Source: Candidatus Binatia bacterium
GTDB lineage: Bacteria; Desulfobacterota; Binatia; UBA1149; CAITLU01
Assembly (NCBI GenBank): GCA_035626675.1
Contig: DASPNH010000101.1
Span: 3,546 to 67,545 of the forward strand
DNA: 64,000 bases
Reading direction: 5' to 3'
Made by a program: the position numbers and the translations under genes. Below are positions 1 to 8,064 of the stretch, piece after piece (position 1 is the first letter of the stretch; each line of letters opens with the position of its first letter). Under the pieces are notes generated by a model. The model was not told the origin of the DNA and made no database searches. It saw nothing but the letters and a program-made list of their open reading frames with translations.

Positions 1-167
1 TCCTCGCGCTCCTGGTCGTACCACTGTCCGGGCTCGCTCGTGTGTCCGAAGGATACGATGCGCTCGAGCAGGAAAGCGTCGGTCTCGACGAGACGGTCGA
101 ACAGCTCCTGCGACGGCGGCGATGGGAGTGCTCGCAGCAGATTGGTTACCAGCACGCTCATGCCCAT
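1..167 (-). CDS. Cupin-domain protein, partial; the C-terminus is cut off by the window start
   Basis: The reverse-strand translation from the ATG at 167 reads MGMSVLVTNLLRALPSPPSQELFDRLVETDAFLLERIVSFGHTSEPGQWYDQ. This looks like a cupin barrel. The gene starts 10 nt downstream of the phosphotransferase stop, so the two are probably an operon. Confidence 0.5.
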   Translation of the reverse strand, partial: MGMSVLVTNLLRALPSPPSQELFDRLVETDAFLLERIVSFGHTSEPGQWYDQERE

Positions 168-177
168 GGCCGCCGCA

Positions 178-1257
178 TCAGGCAGGCGGGGGAAAGCCTC
201 CGACCTTGGCGAGAAACTGCGTGCAGATGTTGTTCTGCTCCGTCCAGCCCGGCACCAGCACGCCCTGCTTTTCCATGCGCTGAATGATGCGAATGAAGAT
301 CACGCAGAAACGAAGCCCTGCCCAGACCTGGTAGTAGTGCAGATCGTGCAGACGCCGGCCGCCGAGTGACTCATAAAGCGCAACGGTCTCGGCCTCGCCG
401 GGAAATCCGGGAAGGGGTGGGGCGCCAACACCCTCGCTGAGAAACCGGTTCAGATACAGGAACCACGCAACGTCGACTTCGGGCGGACCCAGGGTTGCCA
501 TCTCCCAGTCCAGCACGGCCACCGGCGCGAAATCTCGCACCATGATGTTGGAGGGCCGCGCATCTCCCCAATTCAGCACGACGACGTCGCGACCTGGTGG
601 GCAGCGCGACTGCAGGTAATCGAATGCGGCCTCGACGGTCGGCTGCGGGCGGCCCTTTGCCGCCCAGGCCAGAAAGTCCCGGTAGTATCCGAGCTGCTGC
701 TCGAAGCCGGATCGGCCAAACTGCGGCCGATCCAGGAACTCGAAACCGGCGCTCTTCCAGTCGATGGCATGCAGGCGTTGCAGGATGCCGATCTCCGCCT
801 CGTAAAGAGCACGCTGCTGCTCGGCGGTCGCCTCGGCCAGAAAGCCCATGACGGTATAGGGTGGATTGTCGCTCGGCGCCTCGCCCTCCACGCGTTCCAT
901 GACGTAGAACGGCGCTCCCAGGACCGACTCGTCCGGTTCCCACCACCGCACTCGCGGCACCGGCACGTCGCTGACGGAACCGACGATCTGCATGCAGCGA
1001 AACTGGGCGTACAGGTCGTATTCGGGAAAGACGGGATGGTCGGTGGGACGCGTGCGCAGCACGAAGCGTTGTGCGCATGTCGAGCCGTTCTGCCGCCACT
1101 CGGCATCGACGAGCATGGTCTCGCTCGAGAAGCCGGTGGTCCCGGGCGCGGCGATCTCGCCGACTCGCACGTCGCTGGCGTCTTCGAGCTTTGCGGCCAG
1201 CCACGCCTGCAGGCGACTGCGAATCTGCGCGACGTCGTACTGTCCCTGTGCCGGCAT
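178..1257 (-). CDS. Phosphotransferase-family protein, an aminoglycoside or choline kinase-like APH fold
   Basis: This is a 359-aa ORF. It carries the kinase-like motifs VLNWGDARPSNIM and DWEMATLGPPEVDVAWFL, which resemble the APH catalytic loop and the DxE region. The composition is protein-like. Confidence 0.8.
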   Translation of the reverse strand: MPAQGQYDVAQIRSRLQAWLAAKLEDASDVRVGEIAAPGTTGFSSETMLVDAEWRQNGSTCAQRFVLRTRPTDHPVFPEYDLYAQFRCMQIVGSVSDVPVPRVRWWEPDESVLGAPFYVMERVEGEAPSDNPPYTVMGFLAEATAEQQRALYEAEIGILQRLHAIDWKSAGFEFLDRPQFGRSGFEQQLGYYRDFLAWAAKGRPQPTVEAAFDYLQSRCPPGRDVVVLNWGDARPSNIMVRDFAPVAVLDWEMATLGPPEVDVAWFLYLNRFLSEGVGAPPLPGFPGEAETVALYESLGGRRLHDLHYYQVWAGLRFCVIFIRIIQRMEKQGVLVPGWTEQNNICTQFLAKVGGFPPPA

Positions 1258-1325
1258 GAGCGGCTCTTAGGACTGGCGTAATCCTGCCGCAAGGCGCGCG
1301 GCTGTCACCGACACCCAGTAGCCTC

Positions 1326-1408
1326 GGTGCACGCTGGCGGAGCGCGAGCGACAGCCGCGGTGCACGCTGGCGGACTGTGATCGACAGCGCCTGTGTACGC
1401 TGGCGGAC
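1326..1408. repeat. Three tandem direct repeats of GGTGCACGCTGGCGGA with a period of about 33 bp
   Basis: Near-identical copies sit at 1326-1341, 1359-1374 and 1393-1408. They lie in the divergent intergenic region between the phosphotransferase gene (minus) and the hypothetical gene at 1553 (plus). Confidence 0.8.
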
Positions 1409-1552
1409 ACATGCCGTTTCTTTTGCATGGCCTAAACCGGCGCCCGGCTTCTGTAGAATTCTTAAGACTTTTGCCCCGTGACAGCGCCACGCCTCCCGTG
1501 GGATCATGCCGCCGTCGCAGCATGCGAACATCGGCAATGGGAGGTTCGGAAG

Positions 1553-1917
1553 TCATGAACGCCTGCGAGGCCGTCGACACGTCGGCAGCCCTGGAAATCG
1601 ATACGACGGCGGAGAACCGGTTGATGCTGGCCGTTCTGGAGGAGGCACTCGCCACGTTTCGGCTCGGCGTGACATCGGACCGGCCTCTGCGTCGCAAGCG
1701 TTATTTCGAGGTCGCGCGCTGGTTCGCGAGCAGCGACAACGACTGGCTGTTCTCGTTCGAGAGCATCTGCACGAGCCTCGGCATGGATCCGGACTACCTT
1801 CGTGCCGGCCTGCGCCAGCTCGAGCGTGCGGCCTTCGATGCATGCAGTGGAGCAACGCCCCAGGTGCCATGCGCCGCACGGATCGGCGGGCCGCGCGCCT
1901 ACCGCGTGCGATCCTGA
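1553..1917 (+). CDS. Hypothetical protein
   Basis: A 121-aa ORF starts at ATG 1553. GGGAGG lies 13 nt upstream as a ribosome-binding site. The composition is non-repetitive and protein-like, and the ORF converges with the Crp/Fnr regulator gene. Confidence 0.5.
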
Positions 1918-1923
1918 CGCCAG

Positions 1924-2619
1924 TCAGCCCGTGGTCGCGGCCGTGACGATGCGTCGCAGCCGCTCGATCTCGTGCAGCACGACGCGGCCATAGACGATGG
2001 TGACGATGCCGTCGCGCTCCCAGCTCTTGAGCTGTTTGCCGGCGCTCTCACGCGTCACTCCCGAGAGCCGTCCGAGTTCCTCCTGCGCGATCCGCACGGC
2101 AACGCCGTCGGGTCTCTGCTCGGTGCGTGTCGGGTCGTCGGCAAGCATCAGCAGCTTCTTGGCCATGCGAGCCGGCAGACTCAGGAATGACGCATCGGCG
2201 ATGATGTCTTCGGCCGTGCGAATGCGCGCACTGAACAGCGCCAGCAGCCGCAGCGGCAGTTCCGGATCGCTGCCGCAAAGCTCCAGCAGATCGCGCCTGC
2301 GCAGCACCAGCAGCTCGCTGTCCTGCGCCGCAATGGCGTCGACGACCCGCGGCCCGTCATCGAACAGCCCGATCTCTCCGAACCAGCGCCCGGCCTCGGC
2401 GTAATCGAGCACCAGTTCCTTGCCGTCGGGTGCCGAGGCGCTGAAGCGAACCCGTCCGGCCAGAACACCGTAGAACGCTTCGGCCGCTGCGCCGCGAAGA
2501 TAGACGGGCTCGCCGCGCTCGAATCGCCGCGATGCAAGAGAGCGTTGCAGGCGCTCGGTCGTGGTCGCCGCCAGGCCTCCGAAAACCGGGCTTGCCGAGA
2601 TCAGCGCCTCGCGGTCCAT
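1924..2619 (-). CDS. Crp/Fnr-family transcriptional regulator with a cNMP-binding domain and a C-terminal helix-turn-helix
   Basis: The 231-aa protein has the cNMP-binding signature GEIGLFDDGPRVVDAIA. Its C-terminal helix-turn-helix reads ELGRLSGVTRESAGKQLKSWERDGIV. Confidence 0.85.
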   Translation of the reverse strand: MDREALISASPVFGGLAATTTERLQRSLASRRFERGEPVYLRGAAAEAFYGVLAGRVRFSASAPDGKELVLDYAEAGRWFGEIGLFDDGPRVVDAIAAQDSELLVLRRRDLLELCGSDPELPLRLLALFSARIRTAEDIIADASFLSLPARMAKKLLMLADDPTRTEQRPDGVAVRIAQEELGRLSGVTRESAGKQLKSWERDGIVTIVYGRVVLHEIERLRRIVTAATTG

Positions 2620-2805
2620 GGCGCAGCTTAGGCAAAACGGGACGCGCCGCCGAGAGGAGGGAGCCTGGCGCGTGATCTTTTTCCGATGTCGCCGCCGACC
2701 GCGGCCAGGACGAGGACACGCAGCGAGGCCGCCGCCGCTGCCGCCAGGAGGAAACCGCCGGCGGCCTCGCGCCTGAAGCGCGACGCCGCCGGCAAGCTCG
2801 TTACG

Positions 2806-2875
2806 AGGCAGGCGCCGTTCCGAGCATCAGCTCGATTCCGAGGCAGGCGCCGTTCCGAGCATCAGCTCGATTCCG
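2806..2875. repeat. Perfect tandem duplication, 2 x 35 bp, of AGGCAGGCGCCGTTCCGAGCATCAGCTCGATTCCG
   Basis: Copy 1 is at 2806-2840 and copy 2 at 2841-2875. The pair spans the stop codon (2827-2829) and the C-terminal codons of the trypsin-like protease gene. Confidence 0.9.
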
Positions 2876-3690
2876 AGCACCTCCTCGGCTCGCTCGACCT
2901 GCGGGGTCAGGCGCGTGATACCGATGACGCCAGCGTCGATGCCGTCCGAACCGATGGTGCCGGTGTGGATTCCTACGGTGACCAGCACGCCCACGGCCCG
3001 GCCGTCGTCACTGATGACGCCGCTGCCCGAGTCTCCCGGCGCAGCGCCGCCGGTCGCGAAGACGTGATCTGGATCCGGCATCGAGACGGCCACGTGCGTG
3101 CGCGCCGGCAGGACGCTGCCGATCGCCAGGCCGTTGCCGAAATGATGCAGAACGACGGGGCTGGCGGCGACGTCGTCGTTGACGGCCGTGGGACCGCCGA
3201 AATGGCACATCTGTGCACTGGCGGCCACGCCCGGATCCAGCAGGACCAGTGCGAAGTCCTTGGGGTCCTGCAGGATCGCGTACGTGAACTCGCCGATGCG
3301 GTTGCCGTCGGCGTCGCGCGCCTCGGGCCCTTCTCCTACCGCCCAAGATCGTTCGCCCACGTCGCCGCCGACAGGAGATTCGCCGAGGATGCAGTGGCCG
3401 GCGGTTCCCATGTAGGTGCCGCCGTCGTTGCCGGTGAACAGGAAGTTGAACGTGCACTGGCCGGTGTCGCTTTGAACGATCGCACCGGGACGCACTCCGG
3501 GACACGAACCCGTGCCGATCGGCGCGGCCGCAGGCACGTCGATGAGGTGCACGGCCCTGCCGCCGAGTGTCCAGTTCAGCGACAGCAGCGGATCGAAAAT
3601 TCGCAGCAGGCCAGCTGCAGCCGGCGAGACTGCTGCCAGCGATGCGGAAACAGCGATGGCAAGAACGAGCTTGCGCGAATCGTTCTTCAT
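2827..3690 (-). CDS. Secreted trypsin-like (S1 family) serine protease
   Basis: The signal peptide reads MKNDSRKLVLAIAVSASLAAVSPAAAG. The catalytic His lies in TAGHC and the catalytic Ser in GDSGSG. An AAGGAGG ribosome-binding site sits 9 nt upstream of ATG 3690. The longer ORF running to 3789 is probably an upstream artefact. Confidence 0.8.
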   Translation of the reverse strand: MKNDSRKLVLAIAVSASLAAVSPAAAGLLRIFDPLLSLNWTLGGRAVHLIDVPAAAPIGTGSCPGVRPGAIVQSDTGQCTFNFLFTGNDGGTYMGTAGHCILGESPVGGDVGERSWAVGEGPEARDADGNRIGEFTYAILQDPKDFALVLLDPGVAASAQMCHFGGPTAVNDDVAASPVVLHHFGNGLAIGSVLPARTHVAVSMPDPDHVFATGGAAPGDSGSGVISDDGRAVGVLVTVGIHTGTIGSDGIDAGVIGITRLTPQVERAEEVLGIELMLGTAPASESS

Positions 3691-4024
3691 AGAATCGAAC
3701 CTCCTTGAGGACGCGAGGATTCTCCCGAGTCCTTGTTCAGGTCGTTGCCGTGATGCGGCAGCGTGCACCCTGGCTCGGCCACGAATCAATTCGGTTTTTG
3801 TACGTGCGCAGGAGGATGAGAGGGGTCACACGCGACGATGAGGGACGAATCACACGCAAAGGGATGGGCTGCGAGCGTGGAGTTGGCCGCCCGAGTGCGC
3901 GCAAATTCTGTCTTGTCGCAATCTCTTCTACGGTGGCCGTCACCTGCGCCTTGCGCAGCGGCGCGCATGCGATGCACGCGCGGCGGTGGCGGTTCGCCCC
4001 CGTTCCCGATAGTGGGCGCGAATC

Positions 4025-5125
4025 GTGCCAGGACCGAACATTCCAGAGCGCATTCGCTCGCTGACGCCGTACAAGCCGGGTCGTCCCATCGAGGAGGTGG
4101 AGCGCGAGCTCGGCATCTGCGGCTCCATCAAGATCGCATCGAACGAGAATGCGCTCGGTCCCTCGCCGCGGGCCCTGGCAGCAGTGCGCGAGGCAATCGC
4201 GGGCATCCATCGCTATCCCGACGGTGGAGCGGTGGTACTGACCGAGAAGCTGGCGGGCAAGCTCGGCCTGGATCCGCGCCGCATCGTGTTCGGCAACGGC
4301 AGCAACGAGATCCTCGAGCTGGCCTGCCGCATGCTGGCCGGCCCCGGCGACGAGATCGTCTTCTCCGCCGATGCGTTCCTGGTCTATCCGCTGGTGACCA
4401 TCGCGGTCGGCGCCACGCCCGTGAAAGTGGCGCCGCGCGCGTTCGATCACGACCTGGACGCGATCGGCGACGCCATTAGCGCGGCCACGCGCGTGGTATT
4501 CCTGGCCAATCCGAACAATCCCACCGGTACGATCTTTCGACGCCATGCATGGGAGCGTTTTCTCGGCCGCGTGCCCGAGAACATCGCGATCGTGCTGGAC
4601 GAGGCCTACTTCGAGTTCGTCGAAGACACCGAGTATCCGAGCGGCCTGCGCTACCTGGACGCGCATCCCGGCCTGGTCGTCTCGCGTACCTTCTCCAAGA
4701 TCTACGGGCTGGCGGGGCTGCGCATCGGCTATGGTGTCGGCTCTCTCGAAATGATCGATGGGCTTGCGCGGCTTCGGCAGCCGTTCAACGTCAATCTCCT
4801 TGCGCAGGCCGCGGCAACCGCCGCACTCGACGACGAGGAGCACGTGGCCGCTTCCCGTGCCCTGGTGCGCGAGAGCCGCCGGCGCTGGGGCGCCGCATTG
4901 GAATCGATGGGCATCGAGTACGTGCCGAGCCAAGCCAACTTCCTGCTGGTGCGAGTCGGCGCGGGCGCGGCCGTCACCGACGCTCTGGTGCGGCGCGGAA
5001 TCATCGTGCGCCCCATGGATGCCTACGGCTTCCCCGACCACGTTCGCATCACCTTCAGCACGCCGGCCGAAGATGCCCGGGCCATCGAGGGCCTGCGCGC
5101 CGTGCTGGCCGAGCGCGAACGATGA
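4025..5125 (+). CDS. hisC: Histidinol-phosphate aminotransferase
   Basis: The 366-aa product shows the class-II aminotransferase pattern (NPNNPTG, SKIYGLAGLRIGY). It starts with GTG, and its stop overlaps the tyrA start by 4 nt. Confidence 0.9.
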   Translation: MPGPNIPERIRSLTPYKPGRPIEEVERELGICGSIKIASNENALGPSPRALAAVREAIAGIHRYPDGGAVVLTEKLAGKLGLDPRRIVFGNGSNEILELACRMLAGPGDEIVFSADAFLVYPLVTIAVGATPVKVAPRAFDHDLDAIGDAISAATRVVFLANPNNPTGTIFRRHAWERFLGRVPENIAIVLDEAYFEFVEDTEYPSGLRYLDAHPGLVVSRTFSKIYGLAGLRIGYGVGSLEMIDGLARLRQPFNVNLLAQAAATAALDDEEHVAASRALVRESRRRWGAALESMGIEYVPSQANFLLVRVGAGAAVTDALVRRGIIVRPMDAYGFPDHVRITFSTPAEDARAIEGLRAVLAERER

Positions 5126-5982
5126 CGGCGCAGTGGTCCCACTGCGTGGTCGTCGGAACGGGACTTCTCGGTGCCTCGCTTGCCGGTGCCGGCAAGAGCA
5201 TCGGTCTGTTTGCGCGCACGACCGGCGTCGGACGCGGCGCTGCCAATTTGGACACTGCAAGGGCGCGCGGCATGGTCGATGACGCCACCAGCGATCTTGC
5301 CTCCGCGGTTGCCGACGCAGACCTGATCGTGCTGGCCACGCCGGTGCAGACGGCGATGCGCCAGCTCGCCGAGCTCGGCGACCTGACGCGCGCCGACTGC
5401 GTGATCACCGACGTCGGCAGCGTCAAGGCTCCCATCGTTGCCGAGGCCGAGCGTCTGGGTCTGTGCGGCCGTTTCCTCGGTGCCCATCCGATGGCTGGCA
5501 AGGCCCAGAGCGGGGCAGGGGCGGCCGACGTCGAGCTGTTCCGCGACGCGCGCGTGGTCCTGACGCCGCATGCGCAGACGCCGGCCCCGCTCCTCGAGGC
5601 GATGCGCTCGATGTGGTCGGCCATGGGCGCAGAGGTGCTGGTGATGGACGCGGCCGAGCACGACGAAGCCGTCGCCGTCTCCAGCCATCTTCCGCAGATG
5701 ATCGCCTACGCCCTTGCCGCGGCCGCCCAGGACTGCGCCCACCGCGACCACGTGCTGCAGCTCGTAGCCGGCGGCTTTCGCGACATGACGCGTCTTGCCG
5801 CCAGTGACGCCGACATGTGGATCGACATCCTGTCGGCCAACCGCGAGGCCGTTCTGGAAGCGCTGAGCGAGTTCGAGCTCGCTTTCGGCGGGCTGCAGGC
5901 CGCCATCGAGGAAGGCGACGATGCCTGGCTGCGCGCCGTCTTCGCCAAGGCGCAGAAGCTTCGCGCCGAGGTCGCGCGATGA
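5122..5982 (+). CDS. tyrA: Prephenate or arogenate dehydrogenase
   Basis: The NAD-binding N-terminus reads VVVGTGLLGASLA, followed by a TyrA-like core (HPMAGK). The gene overlaps hisC upstream and aroA downstream in ATGA-style junctions. Confidence 0.85.
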   Translation: MTAQWSHCVVVGTGLLGASLAGAGKSIGLFARTTGVGRGAANLDTARARGMVDDATSDLASAVADADLIVLATPVQTAMRQLAELGDLTRADCVITDVGSVKAPIVAEAERLGLCGRFLGAHPMAGKAQSGAGAADVELFRDARVVLTPHAQTPAPLLEAMRSMWSAMGAEVLVMDAAEHDEAVAVSSHLPQMIAYALAAAAQDCAHRDHVLQLVAGGFRDMTRLAASDADMWIDILSANREAVLEALSEFELAFGGLQAAIEEGDDAWLRAVFAKAQKLRAEVAR

Positions 5983-7283
5983 GCTTTCTGGCCAGGCCGG
6001 CACGCGCTCCGCTGCGCGGAAGCGTGCGCGTTCCCGGAGACAAATCGATCGGTCATCGCGCGCTCATGTTCAACGCCGCGGCTCGTGGCGAGGCGATCGT
6101 GCGCGGCCTGCCGAGCGGCCGCGACGTGCTCTCGACGATGGCAGCCATGCGCCGGCTCGGAGCGACCATCGAGCGCGCCGCCGGCGATGGAGTGCGCATC
6201 CGCGGCCGAGGCCTGTCCTTCGAGCGCGGCGACCTGACGCTCGACTGCGAGAACTCCGGTACGACGATGCGTCTGCTGTCGGGTCTCCTGAGCGCGCAGC
6301 CAGGCCTGACCGCTACGCTGATCGGCGATGAGTCGCTGTCGCGCCGCCCGATGCGCCGGGTGGCAGCTCCGCTGGCGCGTCTCGGAGCCATGGTCGAGAC
6401 GACCGACGGGCATGCTCCACTGACGATCCGCGGCGCGAAACTGACCGGCGCGGACGTGAAGCTGGAAGTCGCCAGCGCCCAGCTCAAGAGCGCGATGCTG
6501 CTGGCCGGTATGCAGGCGAGCGGCCGTACCATCGTCACCGAGCCGCAGCCGACGCGTGATCACACCGAGAACTTGCTGGCCGCCATGGGCGTGCCGCTGC
6601 GATCGCAGGGCGCGAGCGTGCATGTCGACGGTCCGTGCGTGCCCGACGCGATCGACGTCGCCGTTCCGGGCGATCCGTCCTCGGCGGCGTTTCTCCTGGT
6701 CGCCGCGGTGCTGGTGCCGGGCTCCGAAGTCATCGTCGAGCACGTGTGCCTCAATCCGACGCGCACGGGTTTTCTGACCGTGCTCCAGCGCATGGGCGCC
6801 GACGTGCATGCGTCCGAGGAAGGACGCGAGGGCGGCGAGCCGGTCGGCACGCTGACGGCGCGCGCGTCGAGCCTCGGCCCGTTTCGCATCACCGAAGCCG
6901 AAGTTCCCGCATGCATCGACGAGCTGCCGCTGCTGTGCGTGGCCGCTGCATTCGCCGACGGAGTCTCCGACCTTTCGGGTGCGGCAGAGCTTCGCGTCAA
7001 GGAAAGCGATCGCATCGCCACCACGGCTGCGCTGCTGAATGCTCTAGGCGCCGACGTCGATGCTCGCCACGACGGAATGAGCATCCACGGCCGGGGCATG
7101 CGCGCCACCTTCGCTGCGCAGCCGGGCGGTGCGACCATCCACACCAGCGGCGATCATCGCATCGGCATGGCCGCCGCCGTCGCCGCTCTCGCACTATCGA
7201 GGCCGCTGCATCTGGACGACGCGGACGTGGTCGGCGTATCGTTTCCGGAGTTCTTCACCTCGCTCGAAAGGTTGGGAGCATGA
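5979..7283 (+). CDS. aroA: 3-phosphoshikimate 1-carboxyvinyltransferase (EPSP synthase)
   Basis: The 434-aa product has the EPSP synthase signatures LRGSVRVPGDKSIGHRALM and ELRVKESDRI. Confidence 0.92.
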   Translation: MSFLARPARAPLRGSVRVPGDKSIGHRALMFNAAARGEAIVRGLPSGRDVLSTMAAMRRLGATIERAAGDGVRIRGRGLSFERGDLTLDCENSGTTMRLLSGLLSAQPGLTATLIGDESLSRRPMRRVAAPLARLGAMVETTDGHAPLTIRGAKLTGADVKLEVASAQLKSAMLLAGMQASGRTIVTEPQPTRDHTENLLAAMGVPLRSQGASVHVDGPCVPDAIDVAVPGDPSSAAFLLVAAVLVPGSEVIVEHVCLNPTRTGFLTVLQRMGADVHASEEGREGGEPVGTLTARASSLGPFRITEAEVPACIDELPLLCVAAAFADGVSDLSGAAELRVKESDRIATTAALLNALGADVDARHDGMSIHGRGMRATFAAQPGGATIHTSGDHRIGMAAAVAALALSRPLHLDDADVVGVSFPEFFTSLERLGA

Positions 7284-7969
7284 CGACGACGGAGCGCGGA
7301 TTTCTCATCGCACTGGACGGACCGGCCGGCGCCGGCAAATCGACGACTGCCCAGCGCGTGGCAGACCTGCTCGGCTTCGGCTACCTCGATTCGGGTGCGC
7401 TCTATCGCTGCGTTGCGGTGGCCGCGCTGCACGAAGGCGTCGCCCTCGACGACGATGCAGCGCTGGGCGAGCTCGTCGGCCGTCTCAAGGTGGAGCCCAT
7501 CGAGCGCGGACGCCGGTTCCTGCTCAACGGGCGCGACGTCACCGACGCCATCCGTACCCCCGAGGTCAGCCAGGCCGCGTCGAAAAGCTCGGCCTGCCCC
7601 ACGGTGCGCCGCGTCCTGGTCGATTGGCAAAGAAATGCGGCTCATCCGCCCGGCACGGTGGTGGAGGGGCGCGACATCGGCACCGTGATTTTTCCCGATG
7701 CCGATCTGAAGGTCTTTCTCGACGCGGATCCGCAGGAACGGGCCCGCCGCCGCAGCCTCGAGCTGACCGAGAAGCGTTCGGGTGACGCAGGCGCGGCCAC
7801 CGTTGCCCGCGAAATGGCCGAAAGAGACCGTCGTGACAGTACCAGGGCCGTGGCACCACTTGCAGCCGCGCCCGATGCGGTCGTTCTCGACACTACCGAC
7901 CTCGATCTGGAGCAGGTCGTCGCCAAGATCCTCGCAGAAGTCGCGCTGCGTCGCTCGACGTCGAAGTAG
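7280..7969 (+). CDS. cmk: Cytidylate kinase
   Basis: The P-loop reads DGPAGAGKST. It overlaps the aroA stop, and rpsA follows, giving the conserved aroA-cmk-rpsA order. Confidence 0.9.
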   Translation: MTTTERGFLIALDGPAGAGKSTTAQRVADLLGFGYLDSGALYRCVAVAALHEGVALDDDAALGELVGRLKVEPIERGRRFLLNGRDVTDAIRTPEVSQAASKSSACPTVRRVLVDWQRNAAHPPGTVVEGRDIGTVIFPDADLKVFLDADPQERARRRSLELTEKRSGDAGAATVAREMAERDRRDSTRAVAPLAAAPDAVVLDTTDLDLEQVVAKILAEVALRRSTSK

Positions 7970-8064
7970 GCGTAAATCCAGCCGTTCCCTTGAACTCGCA
8001 AACGCAGCGCGTTATGCAGTCGGATGCCCGTTCGGGCGCCAATCAACCGGAGGATTCCTTTTTG

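Noticed and set aside
1326-1430. A sigma-54 promoter (-24 TGGC / -12 TTGCA) within or after the triple repeat
   Set aside because: TGGCGG and TTGCAT are present, but the GG-to-GC spacing is about 16 nt and not the required roughly 10 nt, and no enhancer-binding-protein gene is adjacent.
371-1537. Long antisense or alternate-frame ORFs throughout the window, for example 371-1537, 2686-3708, 3737-5260, 5023-6003, 5706-6809, 8125-9537, 11079-12647, 12744-14060, 15026-15991, 18194-19387, 19463-21958, 29102-32140, 46818-48869, 48619-50256, 51119-53500 and 55291-57132
   Set aside because: Their translations are Arg/Ala/Gly/Pro-rich low-complexity strings typical of non-coding frames in DNA with about 70% GC. 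Each overlaps a gene with clear family motifs on the other strand or frame.
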